From Candidatus Uhrbacteria bacterium (GTDB lineage: Bacteria > Patescibacteriota > Patescibacteriia > UBA9934): 61,444 bases of DNA. The notes under the pieces were generated by a model. The model made no database searches and was not told the origin of the DNA. It worked only from the letters and a program-made list of their open reading frames with translations. How positions within the stretch are numbered: position 1 is the first letter of the stretch; each line of letters opens with the position of its first letter. The position numbers and the translations under genes were made by a program. Below are positions 9,214-17,525 of this stretch, piece by piece. The DNA lies in NCBI GenBank assembly GCA_943350635.1, contig CALRAI010000002.1, positions 1 to 61,444 on the forward strand. Direction: 5' to 3'.

Positions 9214-9450
9214 ATGTTGCAACGAATTCTTTTGGGGCTGTTTATTACGGCGTGTGGATGGATGATGGTGTGGAAAACGCGATGGTTTGAAGACATGCTT
9301 GGGCCAGTGGCGTGGGCCGAGCAACATTTGGGAACGACGAACTTTTTTTACAAATTGTTAGGGACGGCGATTATTATTCTTGGGTTTATTGTGACGCTGA
9401 ATTTGTTCGATATTTTGATCGGGAGTTTTATTCGTTCACTTTTCGCATAA
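9214..9450 (+). CDS. small two-TM membrane protein (hypothetical)
   Basis: This is the first ATG downstream of tRNA-Ala within ORF 9031..9450. The upstream part of that ORF overlaps the tRNA and is not coding. Two hydrophobic helices are present. Confidence 0.45.
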   Translation: MLQRILLGLFITACGWMMVWKTRWFEDMLGPVAWAEQHLGTTNFFYKLLGTAIIILGFIVTLNLFDILIGSFIRSLFA

Positions 9451-9452
9451 TT

Positions 9453-9998
9453 ATGGCCGGAAGCGCGCTTCTCAACGCCCGAGCAATCCTTGATGCTGCA
9501 AACCTTCGTCCGGGAATGCGGGTGGCAGATTTTGGTGCTGGGCGCACTGGCCATTTGGTGTTGCCAGCGGCGCGATTGCTTCAGGAGGACGGAACGGTGT
9601 TTGCTATTGATATTCACCCGGAAGTTCTTTCTACGTTGCATGGACATCGATCGCTGCATTCGCTTACGAACTTATATCCATTACGCGGAGACATTGAACG
9701 CTTTGGAGGAATCGATGGTATTCCGGCAGGATCGCTCGATAGAATTTTCATCGTCAATACCTTGTGGACGTTGCAACGGCTTGCTTCTATTGTTGCAGAA
9801 GCTCGCCGACTTCTCGCACACGACGGACAGATTATTGTGGTGGATTGGGAGCCAAATTCTCGTCACGCAGTTGCGCCCTTAGCCACGTTTCGTGTTGCTC
9901 CACAGGCGATTGATCGAGCCTTTGGGGAAGGTGGATGTCGGCAATGTGGGGAGTTTCAGCCCAGTCGACACCATTGGGGGAGGATTTACGCGCATTAG
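9453..9998 (+). CDS. class I SAM-dependent methyltransferase
   Basis: Motif I is VADFGAGRTG, followed by an acidic residue after beta-2 (VFAIDI). The start was moved to ATG 9453, in frame with ORF 9312..9998. Confidence 0.65.
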   Translation: MAGSALLNARAILDAANLRPGMRVADFGAGRTGHLVLPAARLLQEDGTVFAIDIHPEVLSTLHGHRSLHSLTNLYPLRGDIERFGGIDGIPAGSLDRIFIVNTLWTLQRLASIVAEARRLLAHDGQIIVVDWEPNSRHAVAPLATFRVAPQAIDRAFGEGGCRQCGEFQPSRHHWGRIYAH

Positions 9999-10016
9999 GC
10001 TTTCGAGTACCATCCT

Positions 10017-10439
10017 TTGCATATGAATTTTCTCTCACCACTTTGGGACATACAATTCTGGTTCGACCTCACGCCAATTCGGATGGCAGCGCAATTTGAA
10101 GCGGCATTCTTTGCACTTTTCGCACTTGTGCTGATTGTGGGATCGATTCTTCGTATGATGGTTCGCAACGGAAAATACGATAAATACAAAGCCATCGTGA
10201 TGAAACGCGCTGCCAGCTTGTGTTCGCTAATGGGAGTGCTCGGACTTGTGTGGTTTTTCTTCACCTTCGAGGAAATTCAATTCTTCGGTTCTCGATTCTG
10301 GTTCTTGATCTGGAGTATTGGATTCATTGTTGGTGCAATTTCGATTGTGCGTTATATCAAAAAGGAAGTACCAAGCCTGCAGCATCGTGAACAGTCGCGT
10401 GCGGAGGTGAATAAATATCTCCCAAAACGCGCGCGATAA
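10017..10439 (+). CDS. membrane protein (hypothetical)
   Basis: Three to four hydrophobic segments and no recognisable motif. Confidence 0.45.
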   Translation: MHMNFLSPLWDIQFWFDLTPIRMAAQFEAAFFALFALVLIVGSILRMMVRNGKYDKYKAIVMKRAASLCSLMGVLGLVWFFFTFEEIQFFGSRFWFLIWSIGFIVGAISIVRYIKKEVPSLQHREQSRAEVNKYLPKRAR

Positions 10440-10795
10440 TGACTATGGTCGATTCTCGAAGAATCTTTGGAAACGCAGCTGAGCACGATGCCGCTGCGTT
10501 TTTGAAATCAAAGGGATTTGAAATTATCAAAACACAATACCGAAACAAATTCGGTGAGATTGATATCATCGCAAAGGACGAGAAAGAGTTTGTGATGGTC
10601 GAAGTCAAAGCGCGCCACGATCACGAATTCGGCTACCCCGAAGAATCCGTTACCAAATCCAAACTCCGCAAAATCAGCATTGTCGGCACCATGTTCATGG
10701 ACGATTTTCCAGGGGTTGAATGGCGCATCGACGTCATCGCGATCGAATACGACCAATCTCCACCCCGAGTTACGCATATTATTGGTGTGGGATAA
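10439..10795 (+). CDS. YraN-family (UPF0102) endonuclease-like protein
   Basis: PD-(D/E)xK-like core GEIDIIAKD...VMVEVKAR, as is typical of YraN. Its start forms a TAATG overlap with the upstream stop. Confidence 0.8.
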   Translation: MTMVDSRRIFGNAAEHDAAAFLKSKGFEIIKTQYRNKFGEIDIIAKDEKEFVMVEVKARHDHEFGYPEESVTKSKLRKISIVGTMFMDDFPGVEWRIDVIAIEYDQSPPRVTHIIGVG

Positions 10796-10894
10796 TCATG
10801 TGGAGAAGTCGGCGGACGGCGTGAAGTATTTCTGATAGGATACATAAATCCCCACAAAAAAGTCCCCACGATTTTATTCGTAACTTTGTTGTGT

Positions 10895-11230
10895 ATGTTG
10901 AATGCAAATGACATGAAGGCACTTCGTGCAATGTTTGGTGAATTGTTACAAGAAAATAATATCGTTCTCCGAAAGGAACTCAAAAAAGAGTGGCGGAAGG
11001 ATATTCAAGAATGCATCGAAGCGAATAATCACGTTCTGAAGCGCGAGATTCGTGACGAGACGCACTCTGTAGTGAAGGCGTCGGCAAAAGCTGTCGTTGA
11101 AGAGCTTCGTCAGGAAATTCATACACTTCGGGACGATCTCCTCGACGTGATTAACGAAGAAATCCTCCCTCAAATCGATGAATGCCAGCGCGATATTGTT
11201 CAATTAAAGATTGCGACGAATCTTGCATAG
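10895..11230 (+). CDS. coiled-coil protein, paralog of 37099..37533
   Basis: It shares the N-terminus (ML..D...LR.MF) and C-terminus (EEILPQIDEcqRdI..lK....LA) with the 37099 gene. Function is unknown. Confidence 0.5.
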   Translation: MLNANDMKALRAMFGELLQENNIVLRKELKKEWRKDIQECIEANNHVLKREIRDETHSVVKASAKAVVEELRQEIHTLRDDLLDVINEEILPQIDECQRDIVQLKIATNLA

Positions 11231-11263
11231 AGGCGTGTGTCGTGATATCCTATTCTCATGTTG

Positions 11264-11290
11264 AAACCTGGCCGCAATGCCAGGTTTTCA
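11264..11290 (+). terminator. rho-independent terminator candidate
   Basis: AAACCTGGC-CGCAAT-GCCAGGTTT followed by a T-rich run, downstream of the stop at 11230. Confidence 0.6.
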
Positions 11291-11332
11291 TCTTAAAAAC
11301 AAGAACATTCATGTTCTTCATAAAAATCTATT

Positions 11333-12565
11333 ATGGCATCAGCAATCGAGTTAGCAATCCGTCAGATTTGTGACGAGAAGGGATTGAGTTACGAGAGTGT
11401 TATTGTGACGATCGAATCTGCACTTGCGGCGGCGTATCGGAAGGATTTTGGCGATAAATATCACAATCTTGAAGCAACATTTGATACAGAAACAGGGTTA
11501 GCTCGTATTTTTGACGTGAAAACGGTGGTTGCAGATATTACGCCAGAAGAAATGGAGGAAGTAAAAAAGATCGAGGCTGAGGAATTTGCGCGTCGCGAGG
11601 CAATGCGCGCATTGGGAGATTTTATGCCGCCAACAGAAGTGGTTGCAGAAGACATTGGTCCAAAGTTCAATCCAAAAACAGACATCATGATTTCCGATGC
11701 GCAGCTCATGAAAATGGGCGCAAAGGTTGGAGATGTGCTGCGTACGGAGCTTCCGCAGGCGGTGGAGTTTGGTCGCATGGCAGCAATGACGGCAAAACAA
11801 GTTATTACGCAAAAGCTTCGCGAGGCGGAACGCGAAATCATTTTTAACGAGTTCAAGGGTGTTGAGGGAGACGTAATTGTCGGTACCGTGCAGCGTCGCG
11901 AGGGCCGTATTATTCTCGTGGACATTGGTCGCACTGCCGGAATCATTAAGCCGGAGGACGCGATGCCAACGGAGCGTTATCGTTCTGGAGATCGATTGAA
12001 ATTTTACGTTCGCGAAGTGTCGCTTGGTGCTCGCGGTGCACAAATTTTGCTTTCACGAACCAGCGAGGAGTTGGTGCGAAAGTTATTCATGGTAGAAATT
12101 CCGGAAGTTGCCGAAGGAGCCGTTGTAATTAAGGCCATCGCTCGTGAGGCCGGAGCTCGAACAAAGATCGCTGTTGCAAGTACAGACGCAAGTATCGATC
12201 CAATTGGTGCGTGTATTGGTCAGCGCGGAAGCCGTATCCAAACAATCACTGGCGAACTTTCCGGTGAGAAGATCGACATTGTGCAGTGGAGTGAAAATCC
12301 ACGAGAATTGATCACACATTCGCTTTCTCCAGCAAAAGTCCTTGAAGTAAATTTGGACGAAGCTGAGCATGCGGCAATCGTTGTTGTGCCAAGTGATCAA
12401 CTTTCTTTGGCGATTGGTCGTGGTGGGCAGAACGTGCGTCTTGCCGCGAAGCTCACCGGATGGAAAGTGAATATTCAAGAGCGTTTGGCGGACGGCGTGG
12501 TTGCTCCGGTCGCGCTTGAGGAATCGAGTCAAACTTCGAGCGAGGCTCCGGTTGTGGCTGAATAA
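11333..12565 (+). CDS. nusA: transcription termination/antitermination factor NusA
   Basis: N-terminal domain, S1 domain (GDVIVGTVQRREG...ILVDIG) and two KH domains (GACIGQRGSRIQ; AIGRGGQNVRLA). Confidence 0.92.
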   Translation: MASAIELAIRQICDEKGLSYESVIVTIESALAAAYRKDFGDKYHNLEATFDTETGLARIFDVKTVVADITPEEMEEVKKIEAEEFARREAMRALGDFMPPTEVVAEDIGPKFNPKTDIMISDAQLMKMGAKVGDVLRTELPQAVEFGRMAAMTAKQVITQKLREAEREIIFNEFKGVEGDVIVGTVQRREGRIILVDIGRTAGIIKPEDAMPTERYRSGDRLKFYVREVSLGARGAQILLSRTSEELVRKLFMVEIPEVAEGAVVIKAIAREAGARTKIAVASTDASIDPIGACIGQRGSRIQTITGELSGEKIDIVQWSENPRELITHSLSPAKVLEVNLDEAEHAAIVVVPSDQLSLAIGRGGQNVRLAAKLTGWKVNIQERLADGVVAPVALEESSQTSSEAPVVAE

Positions 12566-12570
12566 TATAT

Positions 12571-13293
12571 ATGGCCACCTTCTTCTTCTCCGTTTTGTAT
12601 CAGCCGCTCTATAACTTGTTGGTGTTTGTGTACACGATTGCGCCATGGGGTGGGCTGGGCCTTGCGATTATTGTGATGACGATTATTGTGAAAACGCTCG
12701 TACTTCCACTCACGTACAAGTCCATGAAATCGCAGAAGGAGCTTCAAGAGTTGCAGCCAAAAATTGCAGAAATCAAAGAAAAGTTCAAGGACGACAAAGA
12801 AACGATGGCAAAGGAACTTATGGGTGTGTACAAGGTGCACAACGTGAATCCGTTTGCGTCGTGTTTGCCAACCATCGTTCAGCTGTTTGTATTCATTGCA
12901 TTGTATAAGGCACTCGAAGCGGGAATCCATACAGTGAATCCAGAGATTTTGTACGAGTTTGTGCGGAATCCGGGGACAATGTCTCCAATGTTCCTAGGAA
13001 TTGATCTCAGTAAAGTGTCGATTCTCTTGGCGGCGCTTTCCGCAGTCTGTCAGTATTTCCAGGCAAAGCAAATGATCACGCGTCGTCCACCCGCTGTGGC
13101 GCGTGGAACGGGTGCAGCAATGGATGAGGACATGACGGCCACCATGAACAAGATGATGTTGTACATGTTGCCAATCATGATGTTTGGTCTTGGGGCAACA
13201 ACGCTTGTTGGTGGGGTAACGCTCTACATTTTTGTGAGTACCGCATTTACCTATGCAATGTACGCACTGTTCTTGAGTCCAAAGAAGGCATAA
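12571..13293 (+). CDS. yidC: YidC/Oxa1-family membrane protein insertase (short form)
   Basis: The typical short-YidC N-terminus (LYQPLYNLLVFVY...IIVKTLVLPLTYKSMKSQKELQELQPKI) and multiple TM helices. Confidence 0.88.
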   Translation: MATFFFSVLYQPLYNLLVFVYTIAPWGGLGLAIIVMTIIVKTLVLPLTYKSMKSQKELQELQPKIAEIKEKFKDDKETMAKELMGVYKVHNVNPFASCLPTIVQLFVFIALYKALEAGIHTVNPEILYEFVRNPGTMSPMFLGIDLSKVSILLAALSAVCQYFQAKQMITRRPPAVARGTGAAMDEDMTATMNKMMLYMLPIMMFGLGATTLVGGVTLYIFVSTAFTYAMYALFLSPKKA

Positions 13294-13299
13294 CAAGTC

Positions 13300-14331
13300 G
13301 TGTACAATAGCCATACTATGGCGTTGCGATTGTCTGCGAAAGTGATTGGCGTGGGAGTGAGTGGAGCGCTTGGCGCTGGGCTGCTGTACATATTGCTTGC
13401 CCAAGAAGGATGGGAAAACGTGTTGCAAAACGTAACACAATTTGGTGCGTGGCCTTTTATTGGCTTTGTAGCAATATCGATGCTGAACTTTGTGCTGTAC
13501 AGCATTCGATGGATGATCATTCTGCATCGGCAAGTCTCAGAAAAGAAACACAAACTTTCGTTGTGGCGCATGTATTGGCATCGCATGACGGGATACGCGG
13601 TAGGGTATCTCACGCCGTTGAATCAAGCGGGGGGAGAGCCGGTGCGTGTTGCGCTCCTTATGGCCGACGGTGTTCCTGCAAAAAGTGCGGTAGCATCAGC
13701 TACGCTCGATATTGCATTTGAACTGTGTTCGTACGTGGTGTTTATTGCGCTTGGCGTAATCTTTGCACTGGTGGAACATCAGGGAGGCACGGGAACGCTG
13801 GAGGTTATGGGTTTTGGACTTGCGATTGCATTTGGTGTCTTAATCGCGTTTTTTACAGCATTGGGCAGGGGAAAGCCAATGGCAAAGCCGTTGTTCCGTC
13901 GATTACATTTGGACAAAGTAAAACGCCTCCGAGGCGCAGAGCGCTGGCTTGAGGACACGGAGGCACTGATGCGTGGTTTTTTTGCTGGAGGCGGATGGGT
14001 GGTGTTTGGCATTTCCGTACTTTCCATGACGATGGTGGCGTTTCGTGTGGTAGAGACGCTGTATATCGCGTGGGGATTTGGCGTAACAGTAAATTTTGCC
14101 CAAGCGTTCTTAGCAAGCTCGTTACCGGGATTAGCATTGCTCCTTCCGGTTCCTGGAGGATTGGGTATTTTTGAAGGAGGATTCGCAGCAGTGTTTAGTG
14201 CATTGAACGTGCCTATGGATGCATTGGCCTTTGCGCTCATCATTCGGTTGCGCGACGTGGTGTTCATTGGGTTTGGGGTGTTTCACATGATGCGAACAGG
14301 TACCAGCTGGGCGTTCAAGAAAACAACGTAA
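13300..14331 (+). CDS. flippase-like / lysyl-phosphatidylglycerol-synthase-TM-region family membrane protein (UPF0104)
   Basis: About 8 TM helices and a C-terminal LPVPGGLGIFEGG motif characteristic of this family. Confidence 0.6.
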   Translation: MYNSHTMALRLSAKVIGVGVSGALGAGLLYILLAQEGWENVLQNVTQFGAWPFIGFVAISMLNFVLYSIRWMIILHRQVSEKKHKLSLWRMYWHRMTGYAVGYLTPLNQAGGEPVRVALLMADGVPAKSAVASATLDIAFELCSYVVFIALGVIFALVEHQGGTGTLEVMGFGLAIAFGVLIAFFTALGRGKPMAKPLFRRLHLDKVKRLRGAERWLEDTEALMRGFFAGGGWVVFGISVLSMTMVAFRVVETLYIAWGFGVTVNFAQAFLASSLPGLALLLPVPGGLGIFEGGFAAVFSALNVPMDALAFALIIRLRDVVFIGFGVFHMMRTGTSWAFKKTT

Positions 14332-14333
14332 AT

Positions 14334-15221
14334 ATGCCAACAGCGCTCGAGCAGTCGTTGTTTCGTGCGCTGGCCTATTTTGCATATTTTCGTTATCCGT
14401 TAACGACGATGGAGCTGTGGAAATGGTGCGATGTCCCTGAGACATCAATCGTAGGCATCGATGAAACGATTCAGTCATCCGTCTGGCTTCGGGAAAAAGG
14501 CGTGCGGTCAGACCATGGATTTTTTGGTGTTGGCGATGTTGGGTCTTGGCGTGCTGAGCGTATTCATCGAGTGACTGATGCGTTGCGGAAGTCTCGTCGC
14601 GCAGAGCGATTTGTACGCTTTGCAAGCATTTTTCCGTGGATAAAGATGATTGCGGTGTGTAATTCCTTAGCATTTTCCTTTACGAATACGGAAAGCGATA
14701 TCGATCTGTGTATCGTGACACAACGGGGAAGAATCTGGTCTACACGATTACTCCTCACGGGCGTACTCGCACTCATGCGTGCGCGCCCAGGTGAGCGTGA
14801 AAAGGATCCATTGTGTCTGAGCTTTTTTATCGCAGAGGATCGGCTCGATCTTTCGTTGGTAAAGATTGGGCCAGAGGACCCGTATTTGTTGTATTGGATT
14901 GCAACGCTTTCTCCAGTATTGGACCGAGACGAAACATGCGCAAAACTTCATGCAGCAAACGCATGGATTCGGCCGAACGTTCCTCGAGTGCAGCGGGTAC
15001 AAAAGGCTCAATCGTATGTGGTAGCCGCGCCATCGAGAATCCCGAATATTTCCTGGATCGAGCCATATGCGGAACGATTCCAACGTTCCAGATTCCCCAC
15101 AGTATTGCGATCGATGATGAATCAAGACTCCAGAGTTGTGGTAACGGATAGCATGTTAAAATTTCATCATAACGATCGTCGTCAAGAAATTCTCAACGCC
15201 TATGAAACGATGGTTTCCTAA
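14334..15221 (+). CDS. hypothetical protein, possible nucleotidyltransferase fold
   Basis: The only motif-level hint is SLAFSFTNTESDIDLCIV, which resembles the pol-beta NTase G[ST]...DxD motif. Confidence 0.35.
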   Translation: MPTALEQSLFRALAYFAYFRYPLTTMELWKWCDVPETSIVGIDETIQSSVWLREKGVRSDHGFFGVGDVGSWRAERIHRVTDALRKSRRAERFVRFASIFPWIKMIAVCNSLAFSFTNTESDIDLCIVTQRGRIWSTRLLLTGVLALMRARPGEREKDPLCLSFFIAEDRLDLSLVKIGPEDPYLLYWIATLSPVLDRDETCAKLHAANAWIRPNVPRVQRVQKAQSYVVAAPSRIPNISWIEPYAERFQRSRFPTVLRSMMNQDSRVVVTDSMLKFHHNDRRQEILNAYETMVS

Positions 15222-16509
15222 TTGGACAACATTCCTCCTTTCCATCGTGGCGTTTCTTTTGCCGTGGCAAACGCGATGGATGTATGCCGAAGCAACGATT
15301 GCTGGCGCACATACCGAGTTTGGCGTGATGAGCGTGTATGGCGTGGAAGCGCTTTTGCTGCTTGCACTCATCGGCGGCAGGCTTCTGGATAAAAAATCGT
15401 GGATGGTGTCGCAGCGGTATCATTTGCCAATTCGTCTTGGAGCGATCGCGCTGATCGCGATAACCCTCGGCACGGCATTTGCGGATCGTTCGCTCTTTTC
15501 GCTGACGATGACGGTACATCTTGCGCTGGCATATCTGTTGTTTGTTGCTGTTGTTTATGATCGTGTTTCGGTGAAACATCTCCTATTCGCCTTTGTCGCC
15601 TCGCTGATTGCGCCGATGCTTTTGGGAGCTGCACAAGTATTTGGTGGGTCGTCGCCGGCGTGTTCGTGGTTGGGCTTGGCAGCTCGCGATGCCGCGCAAT
15701 TGGGTGACGCAATTTTTACGGTGGACGGACAGCGCGTACTGCGGGCATACGGCAGTTTTCCACATCCGAACGTGTTTGGCGGATTCCTTGGCGTTGGATT
15801 GTTTGCGTGGTGGGGTGCAATGGCAAGCGTGAAACGGTCGTTCGGTCAGCAGAAACATCTCATTGTCACGAGCGTTGGTACGGTGGTTCTGCTTGGAGGG
15901 CTGGTGATGACGGGGTCGCGATCCGCGTTTCTTGGAGTACTTGTGGGGCTCGTGGGGGTGTTTTTGGTGAAATCCATTTCCAATATTGCTCTTGCGCGGT
16001 CGGCGGCTTTGGTATTCGGCGTGACTGCAGTTGCTGGATCGCTGATTGGATCATTTTATCTTACCGATCTTGCGTCGAGCATTCGTGGTGGGGGAGTAAA
16101 CGAAGAGCGATCGTTGCTTGAGCGCGTTGCGCTCTACGAAGATTTTGTGCCGTTCATGGTGGCAACGAATCCTGTGTTTGGTCATGGTATTGGAGCGTAC
16201 GTGTTGTCCTATGCCGACAGCCAGCCAGGAAAGAATGCGTTCGACTATCAACCGATTCATAATGCGCCGTTGTTGGTTCTGGCGGAATCTGGCGTGTTGG
16301 GGCTTGGTGCATTTCTCCTTTGGATTGCAAGCGCAGCATGGACGAATATTCGTCGTTTTCCGCATCGGGACGCGTTGTACGCACTGGGAATGGGAAATGT
16401 TGTGGTGATGATTGCGTTTTTTGATCACTATCTTTGGTCCTCCTGGGCGGGGCTTGCGCTCATTGCGTTTGTGTTGGGAATGATGGTGAGAATGGGGGAA
16501 GACTCATGA
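15202..16509 (+). CDS. O-antigen ligase/polymerase (Wzy_C)-family membrane protein
   Basis: About 10-12 TM helices and a central TGSRSAFLG motif followed by a loop typical of the O-antigen ligase family. Confidence 0.7.
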   Translation: MKRWFPNWTTFLLSIVAFLLPWQTRWMYAEATIAGAHTEFGVMSVYGVEALLLLALIGGRLLDKKSWMVSQRYHLPIRLGAIALIAITLGTAFADRSLFSLTMTVHLALAYLLFVAVVYDRVSVKHLLFAFVASLIAPMLLGAAQVFGGSSPACSWLGLAARDAAQLGDAIFTVDGQRVLRAYGSFPHPNVFGGFLGVGLFAWWGAMASVKRSFGQQKHLIVTSVGTVVLLGGLVMTGSRSAFLGVLVGLVGVFLVKSISNIALARSAALVFGVTAVAGSLIGSFYLTDLASSIRGGGVNEERSLLERVALYEDFVPFMVATNPVFGHGIGAYVLSYADSQPGKNAFDYQPIHNAPLLVLAESGVLGLGAFLLWIASAAWTNIRRFPHRDALYALGMGNVVVMIAFFDHYLWSSWAGLALIAFVLGMMVRMGEDS

Positions 16510-16531
16510 GCACCAATAAATATTGAGCGAA

Positions 16532-16660
16532 TCAACGGGTGGCACCGCGGGAGGCCCCCATACGGAGCGCAGCTCGCACAGCATACAGACGATGCTTCCT
16601 ACAAAGCCCCACGTGCGAGTCGAGCACCGTAATGGGGTCCGCGGTGACAGGACCCGTTGA
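16532..16660 (+). other. 129-nt extended, multiply interrupted hairpin (function unknown)
   Basis: Nested helices: TCAACGGGT/ACCCGTTGA, CACCGCGG/CCGCGGTG, CCCCAT-ACGG/CCGTAATGGGG, CTCGCAC/GTGCGAG, and the apical AGCAT-ACAGACG-ATGCT. Confidence 0.55.
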
Positions 16661-16705
16661 TGAGTGATATCAGGATTCGATAGCGATTTTCTTTAGAGGG
16701 GAGGG

Positions 16706-17090
16706 GATTCTTTGGATGGAGTTGAGAGATGGAGATGGCTTGTGGTTTTATCGTGGGAATTGTTGCGACCATCGGCTATCGCGATTTCAAGGGGCTCCTA
16801 CCGAAATTGAGGTAAAGAAACATGGCACCTGTGAGGTTGCACGATCGTAAAATCGGCAATATTCGATCGTGAACATCGCAAAACACAAACGCCGGTCGTA
16901 GAGAGGGTCACCGACGGGCGTGATCAATGTTGAAATCAATTCCCGGTTCCTACATGCAACTCGGTTGCATTAGCAGAGCCCCTGTTTTTAAAACACATAC
17001 CCCCACTCTCAGCAAAGCTATTGTCAACGCCAAATATCGTGAGCGATCACCGCCATTCGTCCCGTCCTCCCAACCAAATCCAAGAGTCAC
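16706..17090 (+). repeat. copy A of a ~360-385-nt noncoding element (copy B at 53444..53801, opposite strand)
   Basis: It can be aligned by eye to the reverse complement of 53444-53801, with long identical blocks such as GGTTCCTACATGCAACTCGGTTGCATTAGCAGA. It has imperfect terminal inverted repeats. The ORFs crossing it are not conserved in frame. Confidence 0.75.
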
Positions 17091-17169
17091 CCTCACATTC
17101 CCCCCCATCACAACCCCGACCCCGCAAAAGAATCACAATCACATCATCAATCTTTTTTTACATACACAC

Positions 17170-17196
17170 TTAGCAGTCTTGCCAAGAGAGTGCTAA
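17170..17196 (+). promoter_or_regulatory. CIRCE operator (HrcA binding site)
   Basis: TTAGCAGTC-N9-GAGTGCTAA compared with the consensus TTAGCACTC-N9-GAGTGCTAA, lying 40 nt upstream of groES. Confidence 0.85.
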
Positions 17197-17235
17197 TTTC
17201 GTAATATTGTCCCGTAAGATTTTTAACTTTTCCTT

Positions 17236-17520
17236 ATGAACCTTCGGCCATTAGGTGGACATATTATCGTCGAACCACAAGAACGAGAAGTAAAAACAGC
17301 GTCCGGAATTTATTTGCCTGATTCCGGTGAAAAGCGTCAGGGTCAAGGTCTTGTTGTCGCTGTTGGTCCAGGAAAATTGGAGAAAGGCGAGCGTCAGCCA
17401 GTGGAGGTAAAGATCGGCGACATCATCGTGTTCAAGCAATATTCTCCAGACGAAGTAAAACTCGAAAATAAAACGTTCCTCATCGTTTCCGCCGATGACG
17501 TCACTGCGGTAATTGAATAA
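17236..17520 (+). CDS. groES: co-chaperonin GroES
   Basis: 94 aa with the canonical GroES sequence (RPLGGHIIVEP...ASGIYLPDS...GDIIVF). Confidence 0.95.
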   Translation: MNLRPLGGHIIVEPQEREVKTASGIYLPDSGEKRQGQGLVVAVGPGKLEKGERQPVEVKIGDIIVFKQYSPDEVKLENKTFLIVSADDVTAVIE

Positions 17521-17525
17521 TTTCT

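Noticed and set aside
16532-16660. The possibility that the long hairpin is SRP (4.5S) RNA, or that 8849-9029 is 6S RNA.
   Set aside because: The conserved SRP domain IV features (GNRA tetraloop, AGCAG/GGAA motifs) are missing. For 6S RNA only the size and closing helix fit. I therefore kept both as unclassified structured candidates rather than named RNAs.
16658-16680. A TGATGAG followed by a palindrome (TGATATCA), reminiscent of a hammerhead ribozyme core.
   Set aside because: The required CGAAA element after stem II, and a suitable stem I/III arrangement with a cleavage site, are absent.
16927-17196. An 89-aa ORF in element copy A and a 112-aa ORF (53428..53766) in copy B, which share the peptide IPGSYMQLGCISR.
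   Set aside because: The similarity is confined to the conserved nucleotide block. Indels shift the frame on both sides, and there are no start-site signals, so I treat the element as noncoding.
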